Assembly (NCBI GenBank): GCA_965215605.1
Contig: OZ244070.1
Location: 2,880,001-2,944,000 of the forward strand
Length of the DNA stretch: 64,000 bases
From: an uncultured Candidatus Binatia bacterium
GTDB taxonomy: Bacteria > Desulfobacterota > Binatia > UBA9968 > JAJDTQ01
Direction: 5' to 3'
The position numbers were made by a program, and so were the translations under genes. Below, piece after piece: positions 1 through 8,528 of this stretch (position 1 is the first letter of the stretch; every line of letters begins with the position of its first letter). The notes below the pieces were generated by a model. That model had not been told where the DNA came from. It did not search any database and was given only the letters and a program-made list of their open reading frames with translations.

Positions 1-695
1 TGATCGTTCCCCTGCTCTACACGTTCCACCCGCGCATCCGGTACGACCGATGCATCCCCGCCCTTGCCCTGTCGGTGGCAGTGGTGAGTCCTTGCTATCT
101 CGCGTGGGACGCGCTGGCGGCGGGCTGGGGAGAATGGAGTTTCAATCCTCGATACGTGACCGGCCTCGATATCCTGGGCCTGCCGGCGGAGGAGGTCCTT
201 TTCTTCGTGGTGGTGCCCTACAGTTGCCTGTTCATCTACGAGGCATTGGGCCGCTTGCGCTGGCGCCGGGCGCTGCCGTTGCGGCGGAGGTGGCTCACCG
301 CCGCGGCCCTGCTCCTGGCGCTGCCGGCGCTGCTCTCGGCCAGCCGCGGCTACACCTGGAAGGCGCTGGGGTCGTGTGCCGGATTCCTCTTGTGCGGCCC
401 CTTCGTCAAGCGGGATTTCATCACCGGCGCACGCTACTGGGTCTGGCTCGGAATCTGTTACATTCCTTTCCTGGTGTTCAATTCCGTCCTCACCCTGCTG
501 CCGGTGGTGGAGTACGACGCCGGCGCCATCCTGGGTCCCCGGGTGGGGACCATCCCGGTGGAAGATTTTCTCTACAACTACTCGTTGCTGTCGTTCTACG
601 GGTTGTTTTACGCCCGGTTCAGGGATGGGTCCGGACGGCGGGAAGCCGGACGAATCGTCCCCAAGGCCGGAGGTGCGCACCTTGACGCGAGGTGA
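1..695 (+). CDS. Lycopene cyclase domain protein (two CrtYc/d-type membrane repeats), 5' end outside window
   Basis: Frame is open from base 3 (IVPLLYTFHPRIRY...). Two repeats, WSFNPRYVTGLDILGLPAEEVLFF and VVEYDAGAILGPRVGTIPVEDFLY, carry the PxE(E/D) motif of heterodimeric-type lycopene cyclases. Confidence 0.85.
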   Translation, partial: IVPLLYTFHPRIRYDRCIPALALSVAVVSPCYLAWDALAAGWGEWSFNPRYVTGLDILGLPAEEVLFFVVVPYSCLFIYEALGRLRWRRALPLRRRWLTAAALLLALPALLSASRGYTWKALGSCAGFLLCGPFVKRDFITGARYWVWLGICYIPFLVFNSVLTLLPVVEYDAGAILGPRVGTIPVEDFLYNYSLLSFYGLFYARFRDGSGRREAGRIVPKAGGAHLDAR

Positions 696-1797
696 CGCCA
701 ACGAGGGTATAGCGGGGGCAGGCACGAGGCCGGACATCGGAGGCCGTGAGCCCGTTCGCGAAGCCTCCATAAACCCCGATCACTGGTACGCGGTGGCCCG
801 GACCGACGAGGTGCGCCGCGAACCGCTGGGGGCGGCGATATGGGACCGGCCCGTGTGCGTTTTCCGCGACGCGGGCGGTGCCGTGCGCGCGCTGGAAGAC
901 CGCTGTCCGCACCGTCGGGTGCGCCTGAGCCTCGGACGGGTGACAGGCGACGGCATCGAGTGCGGCTACCACGGCTGGCGGTTCACGAACGACGGCCGGT
1001 GCTTGCACGTTCCGGGCCTGGACCCGGCGAGGATCCCCGAGGGCGCGCACGCGAAGGTTCTTCCCGTCCGAGAGCAGGACGGTTTCGTGTGGGTCTTCCC
1101 GGGCCGCCGGGAGTCGGCGGAGAGCGTGCGGCCCATGCCGATGCCGGAATGGGACGATCTCGACTTCATCGCCAGCGTCGCCCCCATGTCCTGTGAAGCC
1201 CACTTCTCGTTCGTCATCGAGAACCTCATGGACATGTACCACGACCGCCTGCACCAGCGGCACCAACCCTGGAGCGCCGGTGCCCTCCTGGAGGTGACCC
1301 GGGGCGAGGGCCGGGTGGAGGCCCGCTATTCCGCCACCGCCTACTACCGGATCGACCGCATCTGGTCGGCACTGCAGTTGGCGCTGCCGGCGCTGCGCAG
1401 GCCCCACCCCGCGCCGCTGGTGGTGACCTACGAGTACCCCCACTGGAAGGCCCGGCTGGGAGACGACTTCACGCTCTACGGGGTATTTTGTCCGGCGGGT
1501 CCGCGCCGGACACGGGTCCATCTGGTGCATTTCACCTCGCTGCACCGTCTGGACTCCTTCAGGAAGGCGCCCGCGTCCGTTCGGCGGGCGGTGAAGCGGT
1601 GCCTCCACAACATCGCCCGAGGGCTGCTGAAACGGCTCATCGACCAGGACGTTCCCATGGTCGAGGAGGAGCAACGGGCGTACGACGGGGCGCCGGAGCG
1701 CCAGCCGCTGGAACTGAACCGGACCCTCCATGCGGTGCAACGGCTGGTCCGGAACGAGGCCCGGCGGGCCGCGCGGGCTTCGCAGCAGGGACGTTAA
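682..1797 (+). CDS. Rieske [2Fe-2S] non-heme iron oxygenase alpha subunit
   Basis: Rieske motif CPHR...CGYHGW; mononuclear Fe ligands ENLMDMYHDRLH and DQD. TTG start at 682 after GGAGG, overlapping the cyclase stop. Confidence 0.9.
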   Translation: MTRGDANEGIAGAGTRPDIGGREPVREASINPDHWYAVARTDEVRREPLGAAIWDRPVCVFRDAGGAVRALEDRCPHRRVRLSLGRVTGDGIECGYHGWRFTNDGRCLHVPGLDPARIPEGAHAKVLPVREQDGFVWVFPGRRESAESVRPMPMPEWDDLDFIASVAPMSCEAHFSFVIENLMDMYHDRLHQRHQPWSAGALLEVTRGEGRVEARYSATAYYRIDRIWSALQLALPALRRPHPAPLVVTYEYPHWKARLGDDFTLYGVFCPAGPRRTRVHLVHFTSLHRLDSFRKAPASVRRAVKRCLHNIARGLLKRLIDQDVPMVEEEQRAYDGAPERQPLELNRTLHAVQRLVRNEARRAARASQQGR

Positions 1798-1894
1798 GCG
1801 GTAAGATGGAAGCATGGACCGCCGCCCGTGGCTCCGGACATCCTTCGGCCACTGGGGCCGCGAAACCAAAGTCGGGCCGGCCTGGAGGTGTCTT

Positions 1895-2884
1895 GTGAGA
1901 AAGAGGGGTCTCCTTGTCATTCTCGCTCTCGTGCTGGCGCTTCCGGCGCACGCTCGCGGCCAGGAGTTTTCCGCCGAGACCTTCAATTCCGTGGTGAAGG
2001 TGCGGGCGGAGGTTCCCGGGGCCGCGCGCACCGCGGCTTCACTGGGGCCGCTGCGTGAGGGCAGCGGCGTCGTCATCGACTCTGGCGGTCTCATCCTCAC
2101 CATCGGCTACCTGATCCTCGAGGCGTCGCGGGTCGAGGTGACCGATTTCGCCGGGAAGACGGTGCCGGCCAGGATCCTGGGTTACGATCACGCCACGGGT
2201 TTCGGGCTGCTCCGGGCCCGCTCTTCGGCGGCGGCGGCTGCCCGGCCGTTGCCGTTGGGGTTGTCCAAGGACCTGGCCCGGGGCGCGGAGGTGCTGATCC
2301 TGAGCTGGGCCGAGAAAGGGCCGTCGGGGCAGGGCGCCTACGTGGTATCGCGCCGGGAGTTCGCCGGTTACTGGGAATACCTCCTGGAACGGGCGATTTT
2401 CACCGCGCCGCACAACGCCAACTTCGGCGGCGCCGCGTTGATCGACAAGGGAGGCAGCCTGCTGGGCATCGGCTCGCTTCAGGTGCCGCAGGCGATTCCC
2501 GGTCAACCCGTGCCGGGCAACATGTTCGTGCCCATCGACCTGCTCAAGCCGATTCTTTCGGACCTCACACGGAAGGGGAGATCCGGCGCCAGCCCCAGGC
2601 CCTGGCTGGGCGCCCAGATGGAAGAAGCGGGTGGACACGTCATCGTCCGTCGTGTATCCAAGGGAGGGCCGGCCGCGCGGTACGGACTCAAAACGGGCGA
2701 CCTTGTGGCGGGAGTCGGGGGAGTCGCCGTGAAGGGGCTCGCGGACGTGTACCGCAAGATCTGGGCCTTGGGCGCTCCCGGGGTCAGCGTGCCGCTCAAC
2801 ATCCTCAAAGGGGTTCGCGTCGAGGAGGTGCGGGTCGTGTCCGGCGACCGCTACGACTACTTGCGACTGGACCCAAGCCATTGA
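1895..2884 (+). CDS. Secreted HtrA/S1C-like trypsin-PDZ protein with degenerate catalytic triad
   Basis: Signal peptide; GSGVVID...LILTIGYLI, NFGGAALID, RPWLG and a PDZ domain. GTG start at 1895 follows GGAGG. Confidence 0.8.
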   Translation: MRKRGLLVILALVLALPAHARGQEFSAETFNSVVKVRAEVPGAARTAASLGPLREGSGVVIDSGGLILTIGYLILEASRVEVTDFAGKTVPARILGYDHATGFGLLRARSSAAAAARPLPLGLSKDLARGAEVLILSWAEKGPSGQGAYVVSRREFAGYWEYLLERAIFTAPHNANFGGAALIDKGGSLLGIGSLQVPQAIPGQPVPGNMFVPIDLLKPILSDLTRKGRSGASPRPWLGAQMEEAGGHVIVRRVSKGGPAARYGLKTGDLVAGVGGVAVKGLADVYRKIWALGAPGVSVPLNILKGVRVEEVRVVSGDRYDYLRLDPSH

Positions 2885-2948
2885 ACCGCGGCGTCGGTCC
2901 GGGGCTCTCCCGAGCGCCGATGACGCGGTTGCCGCCAAGGGAGAGACC

Positions 2949-3806
2949 GTGACCTTGACCGAACGCCGCCGACAGTTTCGCCAGCTCCTCCAGGGTTCGG
3001 GTTGCATCCACCCGGCGTCGGTGTTCGATCCGGTATCGGCCCGGCTCGCCGAGGCAGCCGGCTTCGAGACCGGCATGCTGGCGGGCTCCATTGCCTCGGC
3101 CACGGTGCTGGGCGCCCCGGACATCGTGGTGCTGACCCTGACGGAGCTGGCGGAGCAGGCCCGCCGCATCGTCCGGGCCGGCGGGCTGCCGCTGATGGTG
3201 GACGCGGACCACGGCTACGGCAACGCCCTCAGCGTCATGCGGACGGTGGCCGAGCTGGAGGGCGCGGGAGTGGCTGCCCTGACCATCGAGGACACGCGGC
3301 TTCCCAGGGGTTTCGGCGCGCGGCGGGACGAGTTCATTTCGCTGGAGGAGTTCGCCGGCAAGATGCGCGCGGCCGTGGCGGCGCGGTCGGATCCGGCGCT
3401 GGTGATCCTGGGGCGGACCGGCGTGCTGCCGGCCCAGGGCGAGGCGGCGCTGGCGGAACGCGTGAAGGCGTGCGAAGAGGCGGGCGCCGACGGCGTCTTC
3501 TTCACCGGCGTCCGCTCCCGCGAGCAGGTGGCTGCCATCCACGCCATGACCGGCCTGCCGGTGGTGCTGGGCACCACTCCGCCGGAACTCCATGACCGGG
3601 AGTTTCTGGCTGCCAACGGCGTCCGCATCGCCCTCCAGGGCCACATGCCGTTCCAGGTGTCGGTGCAGGCCCTCCAGGCGTCTTACGCGCACCTGCGCGC
3701 CGGGCGCCCGCCCGCCGGGCTCAAGGAGCAGGCCGCCTCCCCGGCGTTGATGAAGCTCGTGCTGGGCCAGGATCGATACGACGCGTGGACCGACGAGTTC
3801 CTGTAG
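2949..3806 (+). CDS. Isocitrate lyase/PEP mutase family protein (oxaloacetate decarboxylase-like)
   Basis: SVFDPVSARLAE, VDADHGYGNA and LTIEDT motifs. Confidence 0.85.
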   Translation: MTLTERRRQFRQLLQGSGCIHPASVFDPVSARLAEAAGFETGMLAGSIASATVLGAPDIVVLTLTELAEQARRIVRAGGLPLMVDADHGYGNALSVMRTVAELEGAGVAALTIEDTRLPRGFGARRDEFISLEEFAGKMRAAVAARSDPALVILGRTGVLPAQGEAALAERVKACEEAGADGVFFTGVRSREQVAAIHAMTGLPVVLGTTPPELHDREFLAANGVRIALQGHMPFQVSVQALQASYAHLRAGRPPAGLKEQAASPALMKLVLGQDRYDAWTDEFL

Positions 3807-3852
3807 TCCCGAGTCCGTCATCCCGCAATAGCCTCAGTCACGCCGATGTGCC

Positions 3853-3942
3853 CTCCGTACCCCCCGGACTTCGGGCCAAGCCCGGGGCACGCTTGATCCG
3901 GGGTCCAGGAGCGACGGAGCGGGGAGACTCGCGGAGACTCGC
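3853..3942. repeat. REP-like palindromic element plus 10-nt tandem duplication
   Basis: Nested stems CTCCGT/ACGGAG, CCCCGGA/TCCGGGG and GGGC/GCCC; GGAGACTCGC repeated twice at 3923-3942. Confidence 0.5.
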
Positions 3943-3967
3943 GGATTCACGAAGGAGGTAGAGTAAC

Positions 3968-5200
3968 ATTCAAACCTCAACCGCCACGAGGACGCAGCGC
4001 ATCGGCCAGGTCGCCCTAGGCTTTCTGCACATGGGTTTCAATCGCGGCATTCGGGGCACCTACGCGGTGTTCTATGTCGCCCTGTTTCGGGCCTTCGGGT
4101 GGTCCCGCGGGGTCACCGCCACGGCGTTGTCCATCTCGGTCCTGGTGGAAGGGATATCCATGCCGGTGGCGGGCTCCCTGGTGGATCGCTGGGGGTCGCG
4201 CAAGACCCTGGTGCTGGGGGGGTTGCTGCTCGCCGTGGGACTGGGGTTCAGCGGCACGGTCTCGTCGTTGTGGCAGCTTTATCTCTGGGTCGGGGTGGTC
4301 ACGGCGCTGGGCCTCGGCCTCATGGGCATGGTGCCCCACGTGGCCATCATCGCCCGGCAGTTCACCCGGCGCCGGGGACTGGCCATGGGGCTGGCGTGGG
4401 CCGGCGGAGGCCTCGGCATCGCCGCGCTCCTGCCAGTGGCCCAGTTCCTGATAGACATCTGGGGTTGGCGGCTGGCCTACGTGGGCATGGGGGTCATGGC
4501 CTTCCTGTTCGTCGTGTTGCCCTCGGGCGTTCTGATGCCACGGGACAAGCCCGCGCCGAAGGAAACCGCCGAACAATCCGCGGCGGAGGCCGGCGAGTGG
4601 ACCGTCTGGGAGGCGCTCACCAGCACCATGTTCTGGTTGCTCTTCGTCTCGCGGGTGGTCGCCAGCATGGGCAACCAGGTCATCACCAACCATCAGGTGG
4701 CCCATGCCATCGACATCGGCTACAGCCCGATTTTCGCGGCCGCCGTCCTGGGTCTGATGGGCGTGTTCAGCATCTTCGGCAGGGTCCTCTTCGGCTACCT
4801 GACCGACGTGCTGAGCCACCAGTGGGTGTACACGCTGGTCCAGGCGGTTTCGTCGGCGGGGATCCTGGCGCTGGTGGCGGCGGACAGCACCGAATACCCC
4901 GTATTGCTCTACCTGTACGCGGCCTGCTACGGACTCGGCCAGGGATCCAGGGCGCTGGTGTTGTCGGCCATCTCCGCCGATGTCTTCCTCGGCCGCAACT
5001 TCGGGGCCATCTACGGCTACTTCACCATGAGCATCGGATTCGGCGGCGCGGTGGGGATATGGCTCGGGGGCTACCTGCACGACGTCTACGGCAACTACAC
5101 GGTGCCGTTCATGATCGCTTTCGGAAACTTCATGGTCTCCATCCTGATGGTGTGGGGGATTCGTTTCCTGAAGGGCACGCGGGAACAGGCGTTCAGATGA
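3968..5200 (+). CDS. MFS transporter (OFA/MCT-like), probable ATT start
   Basis: About 12 hydrophobic segments; GSLVDRWGSRK and GYLTDVLSH loop motifs. AAGGAGG at 3952-3958 precedes an in-frame ATT at 3968; the first ATG (4031) lies inside predicted TM1. Confidence 0.85.
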   Translation: MQTSTATRTQRIGQVALGFLHMGFNRGIRGTYAVFYVALFRAFGWSRGVTATALSISVLVEGISMPVAGSLVDRWGSRKTLVLGGLLLAVGLGFSGTVSSLWQLYLWVGVVTALGLGLMGMVPHVAIIARQFTRRRGLAMGLAWAGGGLGIAALLPVAQFLIDIWGWRLAYVGMGVMAFLFVVLPSGVLMPRDKPAPKETAEQSAAEAGEWTVWEALTSTMFWLLFVSRVVASMGNQVITNHQVAHAIDIGYSPIFAAAVLGLMGVFSIFGRVLFGYLTDVLSHQWVYTLVQAVSSAGILALVAADSTEYPVLLYLYAACYGLGQGSRALVLSAISADVFLGRNFGAIYGYFTMSIGFGGAVGIWLGGYLHDVYGNYTVPFMIAFGNFMVSILMVWGIRFLKGTREQAFR

Positions 5201-5247
5201 GTCGCGGCGTGGCTGCTCAGACGCCGTTATCCATGCGGTGATTGCGG

Positions 5248-5694
5248 ATGTTCTACCGGTTCGAATTCGAGGCGGCCTTCTATCCCGCCCTGGAGCGGGT
5301 GCCGTTCCACGTGAGGATGAAGCTCGACCTGGCAGGCGTCCGCGTGTCGTTGAACACCTGGCGCGCGTTCAGCATGGAAGAGCGCCGGGTGTTGTGCCAT
5401 CTCCCGGCGGACACGGACGAGGAGAAAGAAGTGTTCGCCGCGTTCCTCTCGGCCCTGGCGCCGGCCCGGGCGGGAGTCGAGGCCGAGCGTTGTCCGCCGC
5501 TGGACGCGGACGAGTGGGCTGTGCCCGAGACCGTAGCGGTGCGTAGCGAAGCGGAGGGAGTGCGCGTGACCCCCGCCGAGTGGAGCCGCTGGGCGGGTCA
5601 CGAACGTTATGCCCTCCACAAGACCGCCCTGTCCAAGGACCCCACGCTGTTCCAACAGGCGCTCAAGGAATTGCGGCAGAGGCTCAGCTCCTGA
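5248..5694 (+). CDS. Nitrate reductase-associated protein (NarM-like)
   Basis: FEFEAAF...VPFHVRMKLDLAGVRVSL...W...ERYALHK pattern of the Nitr_red_assoc family. Confidence 0.75.
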   Translation: MFYRFEFEAAFYPALERVPFHVRMKLDLAGVRVSLNTWRAFSMEERRVLCHLPADTDEEKEVFAAFLSALAPARAGVEAERCPPLDADEWAVPETVAVRSEAEGVRVTPAEWSRWAGHERYALHKTALSKDPTLFQQALKELRQRLSS

Positions 5695-5816
5695 CCAGTC
5701 TATACAGGCCGTCCCCGGTCCCCATCTCCGCTTGTGCTCGTGCAACCATCGTGAAATCATTCAGTTGAGTTCCGCGGGAGTATGGTCTCCCATGGGGCTC
5801 CGAGGCAAACCGGCGA

Positions 5817-6713
5817 ATGAGCGGTGAAACGGACAAGGTTGGCTCGGCCATCGTTCTGGCCGGCGGCAAGAGCAGCCGCATGGGGCGGCCCAAGGCCATG
5901 CTCCCCTTCGGCGGAGAGCCCCTGATCGTGCAGGTGGTCCGGCGGCTGGGCCTGCTGTTTCCGGACATCGTGGTGGTGGCGGCGCCGGAGCAGGGACTGC
6001 CCGAGCTGCGGGCCACGCTGGTGCGCGACGAGGTGGCGTACCAGGGCCCGGTGGGCGGCATCTGCTACGGACTCGGGGCATGCGGCAGCGCCGCCGCGTT
6101 CGTGACCTCCTGCGATGTGCCGTTCCTCAGTCTTGCCATGGTCTCCCATCTTACATCCCGGCTTCCGGATCACGACGTGGTGGTGCCCTGCTGGGAAGGG
6201 CGCCTGCAACCGTTGCACGCCGTGTACCGGCGCTCGGTGCTGCCGTTGCTGGAGCGGCAGCTCGAGCGGGGCGAGCTGCGGCCGGTGTCTCTCTACGACA
6301 GGGTCCGCACCTTGAAGGTCGAGGAGGACGAGATCCGCACCGTCGATCCGGACGGGTCGAGCTTTTTCAACATGAATTCCCCGGAAGACTACGCCGCCGC
6401 GCTGGCGCGTTGGCAGGATACGGACCCGGCGCCCGGGCGCTGCGAGGTGGAGCTGCTCGGCGTGGCCCGGCTGCGGGCTCGGACCGGCCGGGTTTCGGTG
6501 GAGCTGCCGGAGCCGGCGACACTGGCGCAGGTGCTGTCGGTACTGGCCCGCATGCTGCCGGCGCTGGTGGGTCCGGTCATCACGGCGGCGGGGGACGGCC
6601 TCACCGCCGGCCACGTGTGCAACCTCAACGGGCGCGACTTCGTGCGGGACACCAGCCGCTCGGTAGCGCCCGGGGACCGGCTGCTCATCATGTCCAGCGA
6701 TGCCGGGGGATGA
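5817..6713 (+). CDS. mobA: Molybdenum cofactor guanylyltransferase fused to a C-terminal MoaD/ThiS sulfur-carrier domain
   Basis: LAGGKSSRMG, CDVPF, QPLHAVY and FFNMNSPED; beta-grasp C-terminal domain ending in DAGG. Confidence 0.88.
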   Translation: MSGETDKVGSAIVLAGGKSSRMGRPKAMLPFGGEPLIVQVVRRLGLLFPDIVVVAAPEQGLPELRATLVRDEVAYQGPVGGICYGLGACGSAAAFVTSCDVPFLSLAMVSHLTSRLPDHDVVVPCWEGRLQPLHAVYRRSVLPLLERQLERGELRPVSLYDRVRTLKVEEDEIRTVDPDGSSFFNMNSPEDYAAALARWQDTDPAPGRCEVELLGVARLRARTGRVSVELPEPATLAQVLSVLARMLPALVGPVITAAGDGLTAGHVCNLNGRDFVRDTSRSVAPGDRLLIMSSDAGG

Positions 6714-8524
6714 ACGTGCACGGGTTTCACGACAGCCTGCTGCACGTGGATCTGGGCACCGGCCGTCACCGCCGGCAGGCCATCGGTGAGCATCGTCTGC
6801 GGGCCTTCCTCGGCGGCATCGGCCTCGGCACGAGCCTGCTCTACGACTTCGCGCCGCCGGGCGTGGAGCCGCTGGCGCCGGAGAACCCCCTGATCTTCGC
6901 CAGCGCGCCGCTGGCGGGAACCGGACTTACCACCACCGCCAAGTACGCGGTGGTGACGAAGTCCCCCCTCACCGGTTTCATCGCCGACTCGCTGTCGTCC
7001 AGCTTCTTCGCGCTGGAGCTCAAGGCGGTGGGCGTCGACGCGGTGGTGGTCACCGGCCGGGCTCCGGTCCCGTCCTGTCTGTACATCGACAACGGCGGCG
7101 TGGAGGTACGGGACGCGCGTCACCTCTGGGGGCGGAGCGCCGCCGACTCCGAGACCGCCATCCGCGCGGAGCTTCACAACGATGCCGTGAGGGTAGCCGC
7201 GGTGGGCGCCGCCGGCGAGAACCGGGTGCGTTTCGCCACCATCAGCAACGAGGGCCGGCACGCGGGACGGGGCGGCGTGGGCGCCGTCATGGGCTCCAAG
7301 AACCTCAAGGCCATCGCCTTGTCCGGCAACGCCCGGGTGCCGGTGGCGGACCCCGGGGGGGTGGCCGCGGCGGCCGCGGCCCTGCGGCAACGGAGCCTGG
7401 GGGAGCACACCGCCAAGTACCGGGAGATCGGCACCGTCGCCAACCTGGCGGTATTCGACCGGCTCGGCGCCTTGCCCACCCGCAATTTCCAGCAGCCCAC
7501 CTTTGCCGAAGCCGACAGCCTCAGCGGCGAGAGCCTCACCGAGAACAGTTTCAGCCGCCGGCACGGCTGCGCTTCCTGCACCATACGCTGCGAGCGCCTG
7601 TTCAAGTCGTTGTCCGGGAACGAGCAGCGCATGGAGTACGAGACCCTGTTCGCCCTGGGGCCGCTGTGCGGCCTCGAAGACCCGGAGGCGGTGCTGGAGG
7701 CGGCCCGGCTGTGCGACGCGTACGGGCTCGACAGCATCAGCACCGGCGGCACTCTGGCCTGGGCCATGGAGTGCGTGGAACGGGGCCTGCTGCCGGAGGC
7801 CGGCGACCTGCGCTTCGGCTCGGCGGAGGCCGTGCTGGCCGCCATTCCGGCCATCGCCGAACGCCGGGGCGTCGGCGACCTCCTGGCCGAGGGCTCCCGG
7901 CGAGCGGCGTTGGCTTTGGGCCGCGGTTCCCTGGACTGGGCGATGCAGGTGAAGGGGTTGGAGTTGCCGGGCTACGAGCCCCGGAGCCTCAAGACCATGG
8001 CCCTGGGCTTGGCGGTGAGCCCCCGGGGCGCCTGCCACAACCGGTCCGGCGCCTACGAGGCCGATTTTTCCGGCGAGGTGGACCGTCTGAGCTCCGGGCC
8101 GGGCCGGGGCGCGCTGGTGGCGGCCTCGGAAGACCATGCCGCCGCGCAGGACTCCCTCATCGTGTGCAAGTTCCTGAGGCGGTGCTTCCACGACTTTTAC
8201 GGCGAGGCCGCAGACCTGCTGGCGAAGGTCACGGGCTGGGACTACAGCGCGGACGAGCTGCGGCGCACGGCGGAACGGATCCATACCCTCAAGCGCTGGT
8301 TCAACCAGCGCGAGGGCTGGCGCCCGGAGGATGACGGGCTGCCGCCCCGGGTGCTCACGGAATCCCTGGCCACGGGGGTGGCCCAAGGGACACGCCTCAC
8401 CCGCGACGAGCTTCAGGGGATGATCCGGGACTACTACGGCGCCCGCCGGTGGGACGAGAGCGGCCGCATCCCGGAGGCCAGGCTGAGAGAGCTGGATCTG
8501 CCGGGCGGCCGGGAGGGGGCCTGA
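6710..8524 (+). CDS. aor: Tungsten-dependent aldehyde:ferredoxin oxidoreductase family protein
   Basis: KSPLTG, HAGRGGVGAVMGSKNLKAI, CxxCxxxC, EYET, DAYGLDSIS and RGACH. ATG at 6710 overlaps the mobA stop. Confidence 0.92.
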   Translation: MNVHGFHDSLLHVDLGTGRHRRQAIGEHRLRAFLGGIGLGTSLLYDFAPPGVEPLAPENPLIFASAPLAGTGLTTTAKYAVVTKSPLTGFIADSLSSSFFALELKAVGVDAVVVTGRAPVPSCLYIDNGGVEVRDARHLWGRSAADSETAIRAELHNDAVRVAAVGAAGENRVRFATISNEGRHAGRGGVGAVMGSKNLKAIALSGNARVPVADPGGVAAAAAALRQRSLGEHTAKYREIGTVANLAVFDRLGALPTRNFQQPTFAEADSLSGESLTENSFSRRHGCASCTIRCERLFKSLSGNEQRMEYETLFALGPLCGLEDPEAVLEAARLCDAYGLDSISTGGTLAWAMECVERGLLPEAGDLRFGSAEAVLAAIPAIAERRGVGDLLAEGSRRAALALGRGSLDWAMQVKGLELPGYEPRSLKTMALGLAVSPRGACHNRSGAYEADFSGEVDRLSSGPGRGALVAASEDHAAAQDSLIVCKFLRRCFHDFYGEAADLLAKVTGWDYSADELRRTAERIHTLKRWFNQREGWRPEDDGLPPRVLTESLATGVAQGTRLTRDELQGMIRDYYGARRWDESGRIPEARLRELDLPGGREGA

Positions 8525-8528
8525 CAAC

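Noticed and set aside
6080-6709. Extended N-termini from the ORF track (AOR from 6080, FDH from 10043, PKS from 16185, oxidoreductase from 30233)
   Set aside because: The extensions overlap upstream genes or lack an RBS; downstream starts fit family N-termini.
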